From Candidatus Latescibacterota bacterium (GTDB lineage: Bacteria; Latescibacterota; UBA2968; SICM01), in assembly GCA_965217865.1 (NCBI GenBank), contig CBDCJO010000002.1, positions 2,752,001-2,816,000 on the forward strand: DNA of 64,000 nt, in the 5' to 3' direction. Below the pieces are notes generated by a model. The model worked only from the letters and a program-made list of their open reading frames with translations, had not been told where the DNA came from and ran no database searches. Positions 35,285 to 46,667 of the stretch are shown here, one piece after another (the first letter of the stretch is position 1; each line of letters begins with the position of its first letter). The translations under genes and the position numbers were made by a program.

Positions 35285-37717
35285 GTGATTTGCCCCAAGG
35301 ATAATTCGGTGAGCGATCGATTTTTCCAGCCGGTTCGAGTGATGGTGCCGATTTCTCTGGTTTTGATCCTCACCATGGGTATAACGATCCCGGTCTGGAG
35401 CGAACCATCGCCTTCCGAATCCCCCACACATCCAGGCCTCGCACTTGCCGAATCAGAACGAAAACGGTTGGGGGAGATCGAGCACTATGGCCTTATCTTG
35501 ACTCAGAAAGCGTTTCCAGGCCTTGCCTCACGAATCCGAGAGTCCGATACGGTTGGGCTGAAGCAGGTGTTCTCTCCTTCATTTCGGGGTGAAAGCCTGG
35601 AACCGGAATCCAGCCGCAACCTGATGGACCTGATCCACGTTCGCCGGTCCCTCACCGATCCGTCACGTGTCGCTCAACCGAAAACCGCGGAGGGATTCGC
35701 TCATTATCTCACTGAGTTGCGAAAGGGGTTTCAGTCCAATCCGAAGATCGGTTTCGCACTCCGAGGATTGGCACCCACAAAGAAAAATCAATACAATGGG
35801 AGCTGGAAAGGGAGTTGCCTGTTACGCTTTGCCGGACGATCGACCGACGGGGGCCCAAAGGAGACACGTCTGGAGTTGGCATTCCGTCTTTCCCGAATTC
35901 CTGAGGTAGAGAAAATAGACGAAGCCACAGGTTGGATCGCAGAACTTCGCGTCCTCGATTTTCGGGATGTGGCCGCCGCCATTCCGCTGATGGAGGAGGT
36001 GGCGAAGGAGAGAGGAATCGACCCCGTCAAGTTCTACGACAACTGGATAGCGGATCTGACAAATCGCCCGGTGAACACCGGCGGGGCCTATGTCGCGGAT
36101 TTCGACAATGATCTTCGACTCGACATCCTGATTACCGACCTGAACGGCCTGTTTTTTTACCGGAATCAACCGGACGGAAATTTCGCCGAAGTCGCGACTC
36201 CGGCCGGTTTACCCAGATCGCTTCCCCCTTACCCTACTGTGGCTTTGGGAGATTTCGACAATGACAATCACGTGGACCTGGTTCTTGGACCGATTGTCCT
36301 GAGAAACCGGGGGGAATTTCAGTTCGAAGATATCTCACGAAAGACGACCCTGGAAATGCCGGAGTTGGCCACCGGATGTACCGTGGGCGACTATGATCTG
36401 GATGGCCGACTGGACATCTACGTTTCCCGGAGCTCCGGCAGCGTTCAAAACACCTCCTGGATCGACGGACCCGGGGGCCCGGGGAACCAGTTGTGGAGAA
36501 ACCTGGGTGATTGGCGGTTCGAAGAGGTCGCGGAGAAAGTCAACGCGACCGCAGGAAACCGGTCGGTTTTTACGGCGGCCTGGCTGGACGTCAACGACGA
36601 CGGCCGGCCTGACATATACGCAATCGGCGAATTCGGTCCCGGTGTCCTGCTGGTCAATCAACCCGATGGGACGTTCAGGGAAATGCCGCTGGAGCCGGAC
36701 GACGGAGACTTCGGAACCATGGGGCTCGCGGTGGGGGATTACAACAACGACGGCCACGTGGATGTCTACACGGCGAATATGTACAGCAAAGCGGGGCGGC
36801 GCGTCATTGACAATCTCTCTCCGGCTACTTATCCTCCAGAGATCCTTGCACGGATCAAGCGTTTCATCACCGGCAGCGAGCTATATCGAAACGATGGCAA
36901 TCTCGGGTTTCACCGCGTCGGGGAGGCCATGGCCCTGAAGGATGTCGGTTGGACCTATGGTTCGACCTTTGTAGACCTGGACAACGACGGCTATCTGGAC
37001 CTTTATTCCAACGCCGGATTCTCCAGTGTCACCCGCGCCAAACCCGACGGGTGATCGTGTGTCTGGCAGGCTGTCGTGTCACAGCCGTTCAACCGTGCGG
37101 CGATCGTTCCGCCGCCACGAACACCCGACCAACGGATCGGGGAGTTCTGGGTGGCGAACCCCTGGTTTGTCAGCGGCAGCGGATACAACCTGAGCGGTTA
37201 CGAACGGAATCGTGTCTATCTCAACAACGAAGGGAAGGACTTCGACGACATATCGGCCTTGACGACTGCCGATAGTGACGGCGACGGGAGGGCTGTTGTG
37301 GCCGGGGACTTCAACGGCGACGGTATGGAAGACCTGCTCGTTCGGCAGGCAGGCGGGGGGCCCCTCCTCTTGTTCGAAAACCGATTTCCGAAGAAACACT
37401 GGCTCAAGGTTTCCTTGCGCGGAACCAGGAGCAACTCGAAGGGAATCGGGTCCCACCTGGAGGCGAAGGTCGCCGGGCGCCGCATCGTTAGAGAATTGTA
37501 CCCCGTTAACGGATTCATGGCCCAGAGCCCTGCTTATGCACACTTCGGCCTGGGGGATGAGACAAAAGTAGACGAACTCACGGTCCGGTGGCCTTCCGGA
37601 CTCGTTGAGCACATCAAGGACGTGAAGGCCGACCAGCACCTTGTGTTGACCGAGGGGACCGGGGGTAAATCCCGCGCCCTCCTTTATTCTAAACGCGTAT
37701 CTGAACAATTGAAATAA
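35285..37717 (+). CDS. FG-GAP/VCBS repeat + ASPIC-UnbV (CRTAC1-like) protein with in-frame TGA at 37052-37054; candidate selenoprotein
   Basis: ORFs 35285..37054 and 37076..37717 share a frame, joined by KPDG*SCVWQAVVSQ. Multiple DxDxDGxxD repeats; C-terminal AHFGLG...VRWPSG...ADQ. Start uncertain. Confidence 0.8.
37069..37086 (+). promoter_or_regulatory. Candidate bacterial SECIS hairpin
   Basis: GGCTGT-CGTGTC-ACAGCC; the loop starts 20 nt after UGA and has G at loop position 2. Confidence 0.55.
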
Positions 37718-37835
<118 letters not shown>

Positions 37836-37841
37836 TTAATT

Positions 37842-37878
37842 TAGAAGCCCGAATCTCAATCCGAGATTCGGGCTTCTA
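37842..37878 (+). terminator. rRNA operon terminator
   Basis: TAGAAGCCCGAATCTC-AATCC-GAGATTCGGGCTTCTA followed by a T-rich tail. Confidence 0.8.
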
Positions 37879-37943
37879 TTATTCTAACTCAACAGGCACC
37901 TACAAACCATAGTGGATTGTTTCGAAAAGCCCCGTCCTGGGCC

Positions 37944-38033
37944 CCCTTCGACTCCACTTCGTTCCGCTCAGGGCAAGGGCTTCGACAAGCTCAGGATAAA
38001 CTCCGCAGAGCGTTAGCTCTGCGGAGTCGAAGG
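37944..38033. repeat. Cluster of CTTCGAC...GCTCAGG REP-like repeats
   Basis: CCCTTCGACTCCACTTCGTTCCGCTCAGGG, CTTCGACAAGCTCAGG and CTCCGCAGAGC-GTTA-GCTCTGCGGAG-TCGAAGG; relatives at 42414, 57963, 62667 and 63799. Confidence 0.75.
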
Positions 38034-38131
38034 AGATCCTACTATTCTCAGATCCTGAACCATTGCTTTTGGGCGCGACTTGGTTTCATTGCATTTCCAT
38101 CTTTTGCATTTTGCATTTTCCATTTCCAGCA

Positions 38132-39821
38132 CTACGCCATACTTCCTCCCGGAAGTCGAATATCTTGAATGATTCTCTGCACGTGGGCCGGGGGCTCACT
38201 CGTGAATCTGCTGACGATAAAGGCAACTGAAAAGTTCAACACCATCCCGACGGTCCCGATGCCTTCCGGGCTGATTCCAAATAACCATCGATCTGCACCT
38301 GCAGTGGGATCGACAAAACGAAAATAGATGATATAAAAACCCGTAAACAGGATCCCGCTGAGCATGCCGGCGATCGCCCCCTCCTTGGTGGTCCTTGTGC
38401 TGAAGATTCCCATGATGATGATGGGAAAGAAACTGCTCGCGGCCAGACCGAATGCGAAAGCGACCACCTGAGCGACGAATCCGGGTGGATATATCCCGAG
38501 AAGACCGGCGATGCCCACGGAAAAAGCCGCGGTAACGCGGGCATAAATCAGTTCGCGTTTTTCACTCATGTCCGGGTTGAGAACGCGTTTGAAAAGATCG
38601 TGGGATATGGCCGAGGAGATGACCAGGAGAAGCCCGGCAGCCGTGGAGAGCGCCGCAGCCAGCCCACCGGCCGCAACCAGTGCGACCACCCAGGCAGGCA
38701 GCCTGGCAATCTCTGGATTTGCCAGGACCATAATATCTCGATCGACAAATAGCTCGTTTTTTGTGCGATCGCCGCTGTAGTTGATAATCCCGTCGCCGTC
38801 CCGGTCCTCGAATTTGATCAAACCCGTCTTCTCCCAGTTTTTGAACCATTCCGGCGCATCCAGATAGGCCTTCTCGTGAAGGGTTTGGATCATGTTGACA
38901 CGGGCGAATGTCGGGAGCTGTCGTATAAAGAACTCCGATGCAGAGCAACGCCCAAAAGGCGCTGTAGCGGGCGGCCTTCACGCTCGGCACGGTATAAAAT
39001 CGAATGATCACGTGGGGAAGTCCGGCGGTGCCGACCATCAACGCCATGGCGATTGCAAATACGTCGAGCATCCCTTTTTTGCCCGACACGAAGGCTGCCG
39101 TGTATTCCGGAAGACCGAGGTCCCGATGGATGGCATCGATGGTTTCAAGGAGGTACATCCCGGCGTTTTCACCCTCTATGATCCGTGAACCTAACCCGAG
39201 CTGTGGGATCGGGTTCCCCGTCATCTTATAGGAAATCGCCACAGCCGGAATGAGATACGCCAGGATCAGGACAAGAAATTGGGCAACCTGGGTATAGGTG
39301 ATCCCCTTCATCCCGCCCAGGGTCGCATAGATGAGAACGACCGCCATGCCGATCATTACGCCCGTGTTGATATCCACTTCCAGGAAACGCGAAAAAACAA
39401 CACCCACCCCTCTCATCTGTCCGGCGCAGTAGGTGAAAGAGACAAAGATGGCGCAAAAGACCGCCACCAACCGGGCGGCGTTGGAGTAGTAACGATCTCC
39501 GACGAAATCCGGCACCGTGAACTTCCCAAACTTGCGAAGATAGGGGGCCAGCAGCAGGGCCAGGAGGACATAGCCCCCCGTCCAACCGATCAGGTAGACG
39601 GCTCCGGTATACCCCATAAAGGAGATGAGGCCGGCCATGGAGATAAAAGAGGCGGCGCTCATCCAGTCCGCGCCGGTGGCCATACCGTTGATCGCCGCGG
39701 GGATGCCCCGGCCTGCGATGTAAAATCCGGAGGTGGACTTCACCCGCGTGAATATCGCAATGCCGATGTAAAGGGTGAAAGTTAGGCCTACAATAAGGTA
39801 GGTCCAGGACAGGATGGTCAC
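38132..39821 (-). pseudogene. actP: Cation/acetate symporter ActP-like (SSS family), frameshifted near 38910
   Basis: GMATGADWMSAASF, GTAGLPHVIIRFYT, DIMVLANPEIA. YTTAP joins TFARVNMI out of frame, consistent with a short deletion. Confidence 0.8.
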
Positions 39822-40093
39822 GGCTTCTGCTCCCTCTGAACGTCGAAGCGCTGGTCGATCTTATCCATCCATTTCGCATAGATCAGAATGAGGAGAATAA
39901 ACACATAGATGGCGCCCTGCTGTGCGAACCAGAATCCGACCGGGAAGCCGCCCACGTGGAACGCGTTCAGGGGCTCAACGACCAGGATGCTCAGGACACA
40001 TCCCGCGAAAAACCATACGGCCAACAACAAAAAAACAACGCGAAGGTTAGCCTTCCAATATCCTTTCGGGTCGGGCGAGTTCTTAGAGGTCAA
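39818..40093 (-). CDS. DUF4212 small membrane partner of SSS transporters
   Basis: YWKANLR...GGFPVGFWFAQQGAIYVF; overlaps the actP start. Confidence 0.9.
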   Translation of the reverse strand: MTSKNSPDPKGYWKANLRVVFLLLAVWFFAGCVLSILVVEPLNAFHVGGFPVGFWFAQQGAIYVFILLILIYAKWMDKIDQRFDVQREQKP

Positions 40094-40245
40094 TTTACCT
40101 CCCCTGTATAGTCAGTGATAGTGGCGTGTTACAGACTCAACCTTGAATTTGGTACCGCTTCGATCGAAGAATGTCCGTTCTAACGTCCTCATCCCATGTA
40201 TCTACTAAAAAAGGCCGTATCTCGATGAATCGTAACCGGGTGGGG

Positions 40246-40306
40246 GTAGGAGCCAGCTCCTGCTGGCGATCGGGGATGGATTTCGCCGCCAGGAGGCGGC
40301 TCCTAC
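40246..40306. repeat. GTAG-type REP doublet (REPIN-like)
   Basis: GTAGGAGCCAGCTCCTGCTGGCGA...TCGCCGCCAGGAGGCGGCTCCTAC inverted pair. Confidence 0.75.
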
Positions 40307-40498
40307 CACAAATTTTTTTACAAAATCAATGATCTTCCCCTCTCCCGGCACCCGGGAGAGGGGTGCCGAGCTTGCGAGGCGGGGTGAGGGAGCGCAACGG
40401 CGTTCCAAAAAGTGTGCAATGCAAAAGAAAATGTTGCACGGAAAAGCGACAATTCAAGATCTGAGAATACAGTGTGATTCGGAACAGGCCGCTACGCC

Positions 40499-40721
40499 TC
40501 AGATGGAACAGGACCCCACTCCTCTGGGGTCTCCGCACGTCCCACAGGGTCCGGGGGGTTCTCCCGTTGCGGATGCACCGTCACCGCCCACCGCGAACAC
40601 GGAGAATTTTTTTTTCAAGGTTTTCTCCCCCGCAGGATGGACACTTCGGGGTTGATGAATTGAAAACGATCGTCTCGAACGGGTTGTTGCATTTCCGGCA
40701 TACGAATTCGAAGATGGGCAT
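40499..40721 (-). pseudogene. FmdB-family zinc-ribbon protein, +1 in an A9 run near 40610
   Basis: Manual translation [16 protein letters not shown]...[16 protein letters not shown]...CGTCGDPRGVGSCSI; probably a homopolymer sequencing error. Confidence 0.8.
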
Positions 40722-40967
40722 ATCGCTTCCCCTGAAGTTTTCAACCGGGTTGAAATCCAGGCCCAGGCTTTCAGATGGATCCGTTTAATTGCTTCCGAGA
40801 CAACGAGGTTCGAAAAAACGCAGGTGGTATTATATCTTGATCGTCCCCCGGTGTCAAGCGAAATTCCCGGAGGTCCGTATGAATAAAAGGCTTAGAAAGA
40901 GCTTGAGGCGATACGTCCGGATGGGTAGATTATAGATTTTCCTCCAGATTCGCCATTAGGGATCACT

Positions 40968-42218
40968 ATGGGAAACAAACACAACCCTCCGTTCCGGGGC
41001 ACACTTGCTCCGCTGGCCATACGGGATTTTCGTCGACTTCTGATCGGCAACGCCCTCTGGTGGCAGGCCATTGCGATTGACCACATCCTCATCGGATGGC
41101 TCGTCCTGGAGTTGACCGACTCCGCCTGGAAAGTCGCGCTGGTGGGATTCTATCGCTCCCTTCCGCTTTTGATCTTCGGGTTTATTTCAAGTCTGGCGGC
41201 GGACCGCTTCGGCCGAAAATCCGTCATTCTCTGCTCACAGGCCCTGAATATCTTCGTCTTTTCCGGCTTCATCCTGCTGCTCTGGTCGGGTCATCTCACC
41301 TTCTGGCATATCGCCGTCGGAGAATTCCTGGTCGGTGTGGGATGGGCGCACGAATGGCCGGCGCGTCGGGCGATCATACCCGATCTGGTGGGCAGGACAG
41401 GGACCCTAGACGGCCTGGTTGTTGAAAATGTCACGTCAAACGTCTCTAAAGTCCTCGGACCGATGATAGGAGGAATCCTGATCGCAGCCTTCGGTATGCT
41501 CGGATGTCTTGTGTTCACGATGGGAATCTTTGTGGCGGGGTTTTTCGTGATGTTGAGCCTCTCAGCCGGTTCGAAAAGGCCTGGAGGGAGGATCGGATCC
41601 CACTGGAAAAAATTTACAGAGGGCATGGCATTCATCCGAGGCAATCAGCCGATCATGGGCGTCATTTTGATCACCCTTCTTATGAACCTTTTCATCTTTC
41701 CCTACATGCCCCTCCTCCCCGTCTTCGCCCGCGACATCCTGGGTCAGGGACCCGTCGGACTGGGGGTGCTGGGCGGGGCCGCCGGGATCGGCACCTTTTT
41801 CGGTCTCCTCCTGGTCACCTGGCTAAAACGGTTCCGGCGGAACGGTTGGGTCTACGTGGGGGGGTGTCTGTTGAAATCCGCGGCGATATTAGCCTTTGCC
41901 GCATCCACGTCCTATCCCCTCTCCGTGGCGCTCCTGATCATCTCCGGGGTCGGACAGGCCGCGTTCGGGGTGATGCAAACCGCCATTATTCTGGTCTCTT
42001 CGACCGATGAGATGCGGGATCGTGCGATGGGCATGAATGTCATGGCCATCGGCGCAGCGCCGATAGGAAGGCTTCAGATCGGGGCCATGGCCGGGGCCTG
42101 GGGCGCACCCGGGGCGGTCGCGATCAGCGGAGTAGCCGGGCTTCTGAGCATCTCGTTCATTGCGGCCCTTCTTCCCGGACTTCGGGCGAAAGACGATTCC
42201 CTTCGGCAACAACCCTGA
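40968..42218 (+). CDS. MFS transporter (DHA3-like)
   Basis: About 12 TM helices, LAADRFGRK, PARRAIIPDLVG, EMRDRAM. Confidence 0.9.
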   Translation: MGNKHNPPFRGTLAPLAIRDFRRLLIGNALWWQAIAIDHILIGWLVLELTDSAWKVALVGFYRSLPLLIFGFISSLAADRFGRKSVILCSQALNIFVFSGFILLLWSGHLTFWHIAVGEFLVGVGWAHEWPARRAIIPDLVGRTGTLDGLVVENVTSNVSKVLGPMIGGILIAAFGMLGCLVFTMGIFVAGFFVMLSLSAGSKRPGGRIGSHWKKFTEGMAFIRGNQPIMGVILITLLMNLFIFPYMPLLPVFARDILGQGPVGLGVLGGAAGIGTFFGLLLVTWLKRFRRNGWVYVGGCLLKSAAILAFAASTSYPLSVALLIISGVGQAAFGVMQTAIILVSSTDEMRDRAMGMNVMAIGAAPIGRLQIGAMAGAWGAPGAVAISGVAGLLSISFIAALLPGLRAKDDSLRQQP

Positions 42219-42282
42219 CCGGATGTAAAGCCCGCCGATGACCAAATAAAAACAGCCCGTCGCATCTTCGCAACGGACTGTT
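42164..42282 (+). repeat. Direct repeat copy 1 (MFS 3' end plus terminator-like hairpin); copy 2 at 43292..43412
   Basis: 52 nt identical (GGCCCTTCTTCCCGGACTT...CAACAACCC) plus a shared AATAAAAACAGCCCGTCGCA...GACTGTT. Confidence 0.85.
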
Positions 42283-42507
42283 CAATTGTTCATCTTCCAG
42301 AAAATTCCAACTTTACTTCAAAAGCAGCATCAGGACTTCCCTAAAGGGAAGGGGGATAAGTCATTATTTTAGCTAAACTTCAAATCATCTGATCTCCCCT
42401 CTCCCTAATGAACATCCTGAGCGGAGTTCCGCGTTTTTTGCGGAACGCAGTCGAAGGACCGGGGGAGGGGTCCTATGCAGCGCATCCCCGTGCGACCTGC
42501 TACAGGT

Positions 42508-43212
42508 TTAACTTCCGAAGGCCGTCGCGAAGATAAAGAAATCCCCGAAGAAGATGTGACCATCGCCGTCCAGGTCGAAGGCCGAATTGTAGCCCGGATC
42601 CCCCGGCATTGTGTTGAACGCCAGGGCGAACAGGAAAAAGTCGTCGAAGTCCACGTCATCGTCCCCGTCGAAGCTCCCTTCCGGCGCAGCCGTTCCGATC
42701 TGTTCCGCACTGATGACCACATCGATGGGCGATACGATAAGCTCAATTTTATCGGGGGTCTGAATGCTCAAACTCGTCAAGGAGAGGACGGCCTCTCCCG
42801 CGAAGTCTGCCCCGGCCGTGAAGGTAAAGGTGCACAGGCGTCCGTTCACATCCGTTGGCGTCGGGGGAAGGGTCGAACCCCCGCCCGTGATGGCCCCATC
42901 CCCAACCTGCGCAGGCAGCGAAATGAAGGTCCCCTGTACGAGGCCTCCGTCCGAAAAAGTCGCGCCCTCGAGCAGGGCCTCGGGGTACTCCACCGTGGCC
43001 GTATAACCCGTCACACTGGCGACATCTTTCACGAAAACCTGAAGGGTGATCTCGTCCTCGGCCACTACATTGTAAAGCAGTCCCAGATCCTGATTGTCGT
43101 CCGCCGCGTCGAGGTCAAGCTTCACCACGGCCGACTCGTCCGGGGGTGCGATGACCCGGAGTGTCTTCGTGACCGACGTCGTCCTATAAAGGTGAATCCG
43201 GATGCATGTCAA
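42508..43212 (-). CDS. Cohesin-like + dockerin/EF-hand-like protein fragment lacking a signal peptide
   Basis: LDLDAADDNQ, a beta-sandwich region, then FDGDDDVDFDDFFLFALAF...FDLDGDGHIFFGDFFIFATAFG. Confidence 0.7.
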   Translation of the reverse strand: MTCIRIHLYRTTSVTKTLRVIAPPDESAVVKLDLDAADDNQDLGLLYNVVAEDEITLQVFVKDVASVTGYTATVEYPEALLEGATFSDGGLVQGTFISLPAQVGDGAITGGGSTLPPTPTDVNGRLCTFTFTAGADFAGEAVLSLTSLSIQTPDKIELIVSPIDVVISAEQIGTAAPEGSFDGDDDVDFDDFFLFALAFNTMPGDPGYNSAFDLDGDGHIFFGDFFIFATAFGS

Positions 43213-43469
43213 GAGAAATTTCTGTTCGGATGGGAGGGGAGGCGATCAAGCTTCGCGCAAGCCCATCGCCGCCCTTTCAGTTAAAAAAAGAGGCCCTTCT
43301 TCCCGGACTTCGGGCGAAAGACGATTCCCTTCGGCAACAACCCAGACCAGGTTTAACCCCCCAGGAAGTGATCCAATAAAAACAGCCCGTCGCAGTTTCG
43401 CAACAGACTGTTATCTACCGCTATGCTTAATGTGTTCCTAACAGCCTTGTCTTGGCCCGGCGTTGCACC

Positions 43470-44006
43470 TTAAAACAGCTCGATCTGCCCCTTCTCCAAA
43501 CCCAGAAGCGCGCGCTTCCACGCGATCCCGCCTCCAAAACCCGTCAAAGCGCCATCCCTTCCTATCACCCGGTGACAGGGAATGACGATCGGAAAGGGAT
43601 TCATCCCCAGGGCGTTACCCACGGCCCTGGCCCCTTTGCGCCGTCCCAGTTCTGAAGCGATCTGACCGTAGAACCGCGTCTGGCCATACGGGATGGCCGA
43701 GGTCTCCCGCCATACCGCCCTCTGGAAGTCGGAGTATTCGCGTATGTCGGGTTCGGTCGAGAACCCCCCAGGTTTGCCCGAAAAGTAGCGCTTCAGGTCT
43801 CTGATCATGGACCGGGCATCCCCGTTCGGAGGTCCTCCGTTCAGGATCTCAATCCCCTCGGTGGAAGCGTCTCTTCCGTATCCCCCAAACTTGATCGCCT
43901 TCAAGGACTCCTCTTCATATACCAGGGTCAACCGTCCGAACCGGGTCCTGAGGACCACGTTTATGTTCCGATAAGTCGACATCGAATCCTGAAAATCTGG
44001 GAGCAC
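43470..44006 (-). CDS. ogt: Methylated-DNA--protein-cysteine methyltransferase
   Basis: FQRAVW, IPYGQT, ARAVGNA, IVIPCHRV active site. Confidence 0.93.
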   Translation of the reverse strand: MLPDFQDSMSTYRNINVVLRTRFGRLTLVYEEESLKAIKFGGYGRDASTEGIEILNGGPPNGDARSMIRDLKRYFSGKPGGFSTEPDIREYSDFQRAVWRETSAIPYGQTRFYGQIASELGRRKGARAVGNALGMNPFPIVIPCHRVIGRDGALTGFGGGIAWKRALLGLEKGQIELF

Positions 44007-44209
44007 TTAGCCTCAGCACAGCCGTTGAGAAAAGACGGGGAAGAGCAACCGTGGCGGGTTCGTAATCGGGAGGGAGACCGTTACCCTGGTGCCCCTGTCA
44101 GGTGAGGGGTTCAGGATCCAGGTTGGGGACCGCAAGGCCGGGATAGAGGGGCCTGATCAGGAAGAAAACCGGTAGATCTTAAGCCTGAAACACTGAGACG
44201 TGGAACGCT

Positions 44210-46597
44210 TCACGCTGCGACCAATTCGACCTTCTCCTCGACCGTTTTCGGTATCAGGGCTTCGTTCAGAACCTGGTCCATATGTTCCACGAAGACAAAA
44301 CGCAAATCGCTTCTGACGTGTTCCGGGATATCTTCCAGATCCTTCTCGTTCTCCCCGGGGAGAAGAACCGTCTTGATCCCGGCCCGATGTGCGGCGAGGA
44401 CCTTATCCCGCACCCCCCCGATCGGAAGGACCTTTCCCCGAAGCGTCACCTCCCCTGTCATGGCAACTTCCCGAAAGACCGGGCGTTTCGTCAGGGCAGA
44501 GGCGAGGGCCGTGGTCAGGGTCACGCCCGCCGAGGGACCGTCCTTAGGAACAGCGCCTTCGGGGATGTGGATGTGGATGTCCAGCTTTTGGAGGACAGCC
44601 TGAGTCAACCCGAGTTGTTTTGCCCGGCTCCGGATATAGGTCATCGCCGCCTGACCCGATTCCTTCATGACATCCCCCAGATGTCCCGTCAGCATGAACC
44701 CCCCCTTCCCCGGAACCGTCACCGCTTCCACGAACAGGATCTGTCCCCCCGTAGGCGTCCAGGCCAGACCCGTTACCACGCCGACCTCGTCGGAGGTTTC
44801 AGCCATCACCGATCGGAATCGGACAGGCCCCAGGTAGCCCTTGAGGTCTTCCGCTTTCACCTGGATCGTCTCCTCCCCATTCCTCACCACCTGCCGTGCG
44901 GCCTTGCGGCAAACCGTCCCGATCTCCCGCTCCAGGTTTCGAAGCCCGGCCTCCCGTGTATAACCCCGAACGATCCCGGTGAGGGCGTCGTCCGAGATAA
45001 CAAGCCGTTCTGTGGAAAGTCCGTGTTCGGAAAATTGCCTGGGGATAAGGAAACGGCGCGCGATCTGCACCTTCTCGGGCTCGGTGTAACCCGGAAGCTC
45101 CAGCACCTCCATTCGGTCGAGGAGAGCGGGAGGCACGGTATGGAGGACATTCGCCGTTGTGATGAACATGACCTTTGAAAGGTCAAACGCAACATCGAGA
45201 TAGTGATCGAGAAACGTATTGTTCTGCTGGGGATCGAGCACCTCGAGCAGGGCAGCAGCCGGATCCCCTCGGAAATCCTGCCCCATTTTGTCGATTTCGT
45301 CCAACATAAAGACCGGGTTGTTCGACTCCGCTCTGCGAATGCCCTAGATGATCCTCCCGGGCATCGAGCCGATATATGTCCTCCGATGGCCGCGGATGTC
45401 CGCCTCGTCGTGGACACCTCCAAGGGACATCCTCACGAACTTCCGACCCAGCGCCCGGGCGATGGACTGGCCCAGGGAGGTCTTGCCGGTCCCCGGAGGT
45501 CCCGCGAGGCAAAGAATCGATCCCCTCATGTCGGGTTTGAGTTTTCGGACGGCCAGGTAGTCCAGGATCCGATCCTTCGGTTTCTGCAGGCCAAAGTGGT
45601 CCTCGTCCAGGATCTTTTCGGCCGCATCCACGTCGAGGTGATCTTCGGTGCCTTTGTTCCACGGAATTTCGATCAGCCAGTCCAGGTAGGAACGGATGAC
45701 CGAAAATTCGGCCGCTGCCGGAGGCATCTTCGACATCCGGTTCAGCTCCTTTTCGGCCTCCTTCCGGGCCTCATCAGGCATCTCGGCTTTGTCGATCTGT
45801 TCCTTGACTTCGTTCATCTCGGCGGCCTGTTCGTCGACCTCCCCAAGCTCCTTCTGGATGGCCTTGAGCTGCTCTCGCAGGAAATATTCCCGTTGGGTTT
45901 TGTCCATCTCCCCTTTTACCTGGGACTGGATCTTGCTGCCCAGCTCCAACAGCTCAAGCTCCCGGTTAAGAAAGCCGGTCAGAATCCGGAGCCTCTCCTC
46001 CACGTCCAGGGTTTCCAGAATCGACTGCCGTTCTTCACGGCTCAGGTTGATGTGGGATGCGATAAAATCCGCTTGCGCACCCGGACCGGGCAGGCTTGAC
46101 ATAGCCAACCCCAGCTCCTCGGGCATGTTGGGAGCCACTGAAACGGCTTTCTGGAAGAGACTCACCGCGTTCCGGGCCAGCGCCTCAAGCTCGACCGTCT
46201 TCTCGAGTTTCTCATCCGCCCGCTCTACCAGCCCCTTGAGATAGGGCTCCTCGTCGGTGACTTTCAAGCGCCTGATTCTGGCGACCCCCTGGACCAGGAT
46301 CTGCACGCCCCCGTTCGGCAACCTGAGCAAACGAGCGATCACGGCCGCAGTGCCCACGTCGTAGAGGTTCTCGGGCTTCAGTCCCCCCTCGGGGTCCTTC
46401 AGGGAGAACATCCCGACCATTTTGTCCTCCGATACCGCGGCCGCATCGATGGTCCGGACCCGCTCGGGCTCTGTGGATACAAGAGGAAAGAGCATGAAGG
46501 GATAGACCACTGCCTCCGCAGACGCGAGGATGGGCAGCGAAGCCGGAATCACTGTCTTCTCTTCATCGTGTCCCTGACCTTTATTTTCTACGGCCAT
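44210..46597 (-). pseudogene. lon: Lon protease with in-frame TAG at 45344-45346
   Basis: GPPGTGKT, GHRRTYIGSMPGRII*GIRRA (Gln position), [14 protein letters not shown]. Both ORFs are in the same frame. Confidence 0.9.
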
Positions 46598-46667
46598 GTC
46601 CAAACCCCGTTCCTGGTTGGCTGAATAGAAGGGAGATTCAAAACACCTGTTTTCGAAAACCTCCACC

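Noticed and set aside
40505-40600. Hairpin-rich stretch as a ncRNA
   Set aside because: It is the 3' half of the frameshifted FmdB zinc-ribbon gene on the - strand.
45344-45346. TAG in lon as pyrrolysine or amber recoding
   Set aside because: It is a Gln position in a CCAGG context, no pyl genes are visible, and TAG ends other genes normally.
44282-46099. Long + strand ORFs opposite lon (and similar ones at 42475 and 55268)
   Set aside because: They are antisense shadows of GC-rich genes with no recognisable motifs.
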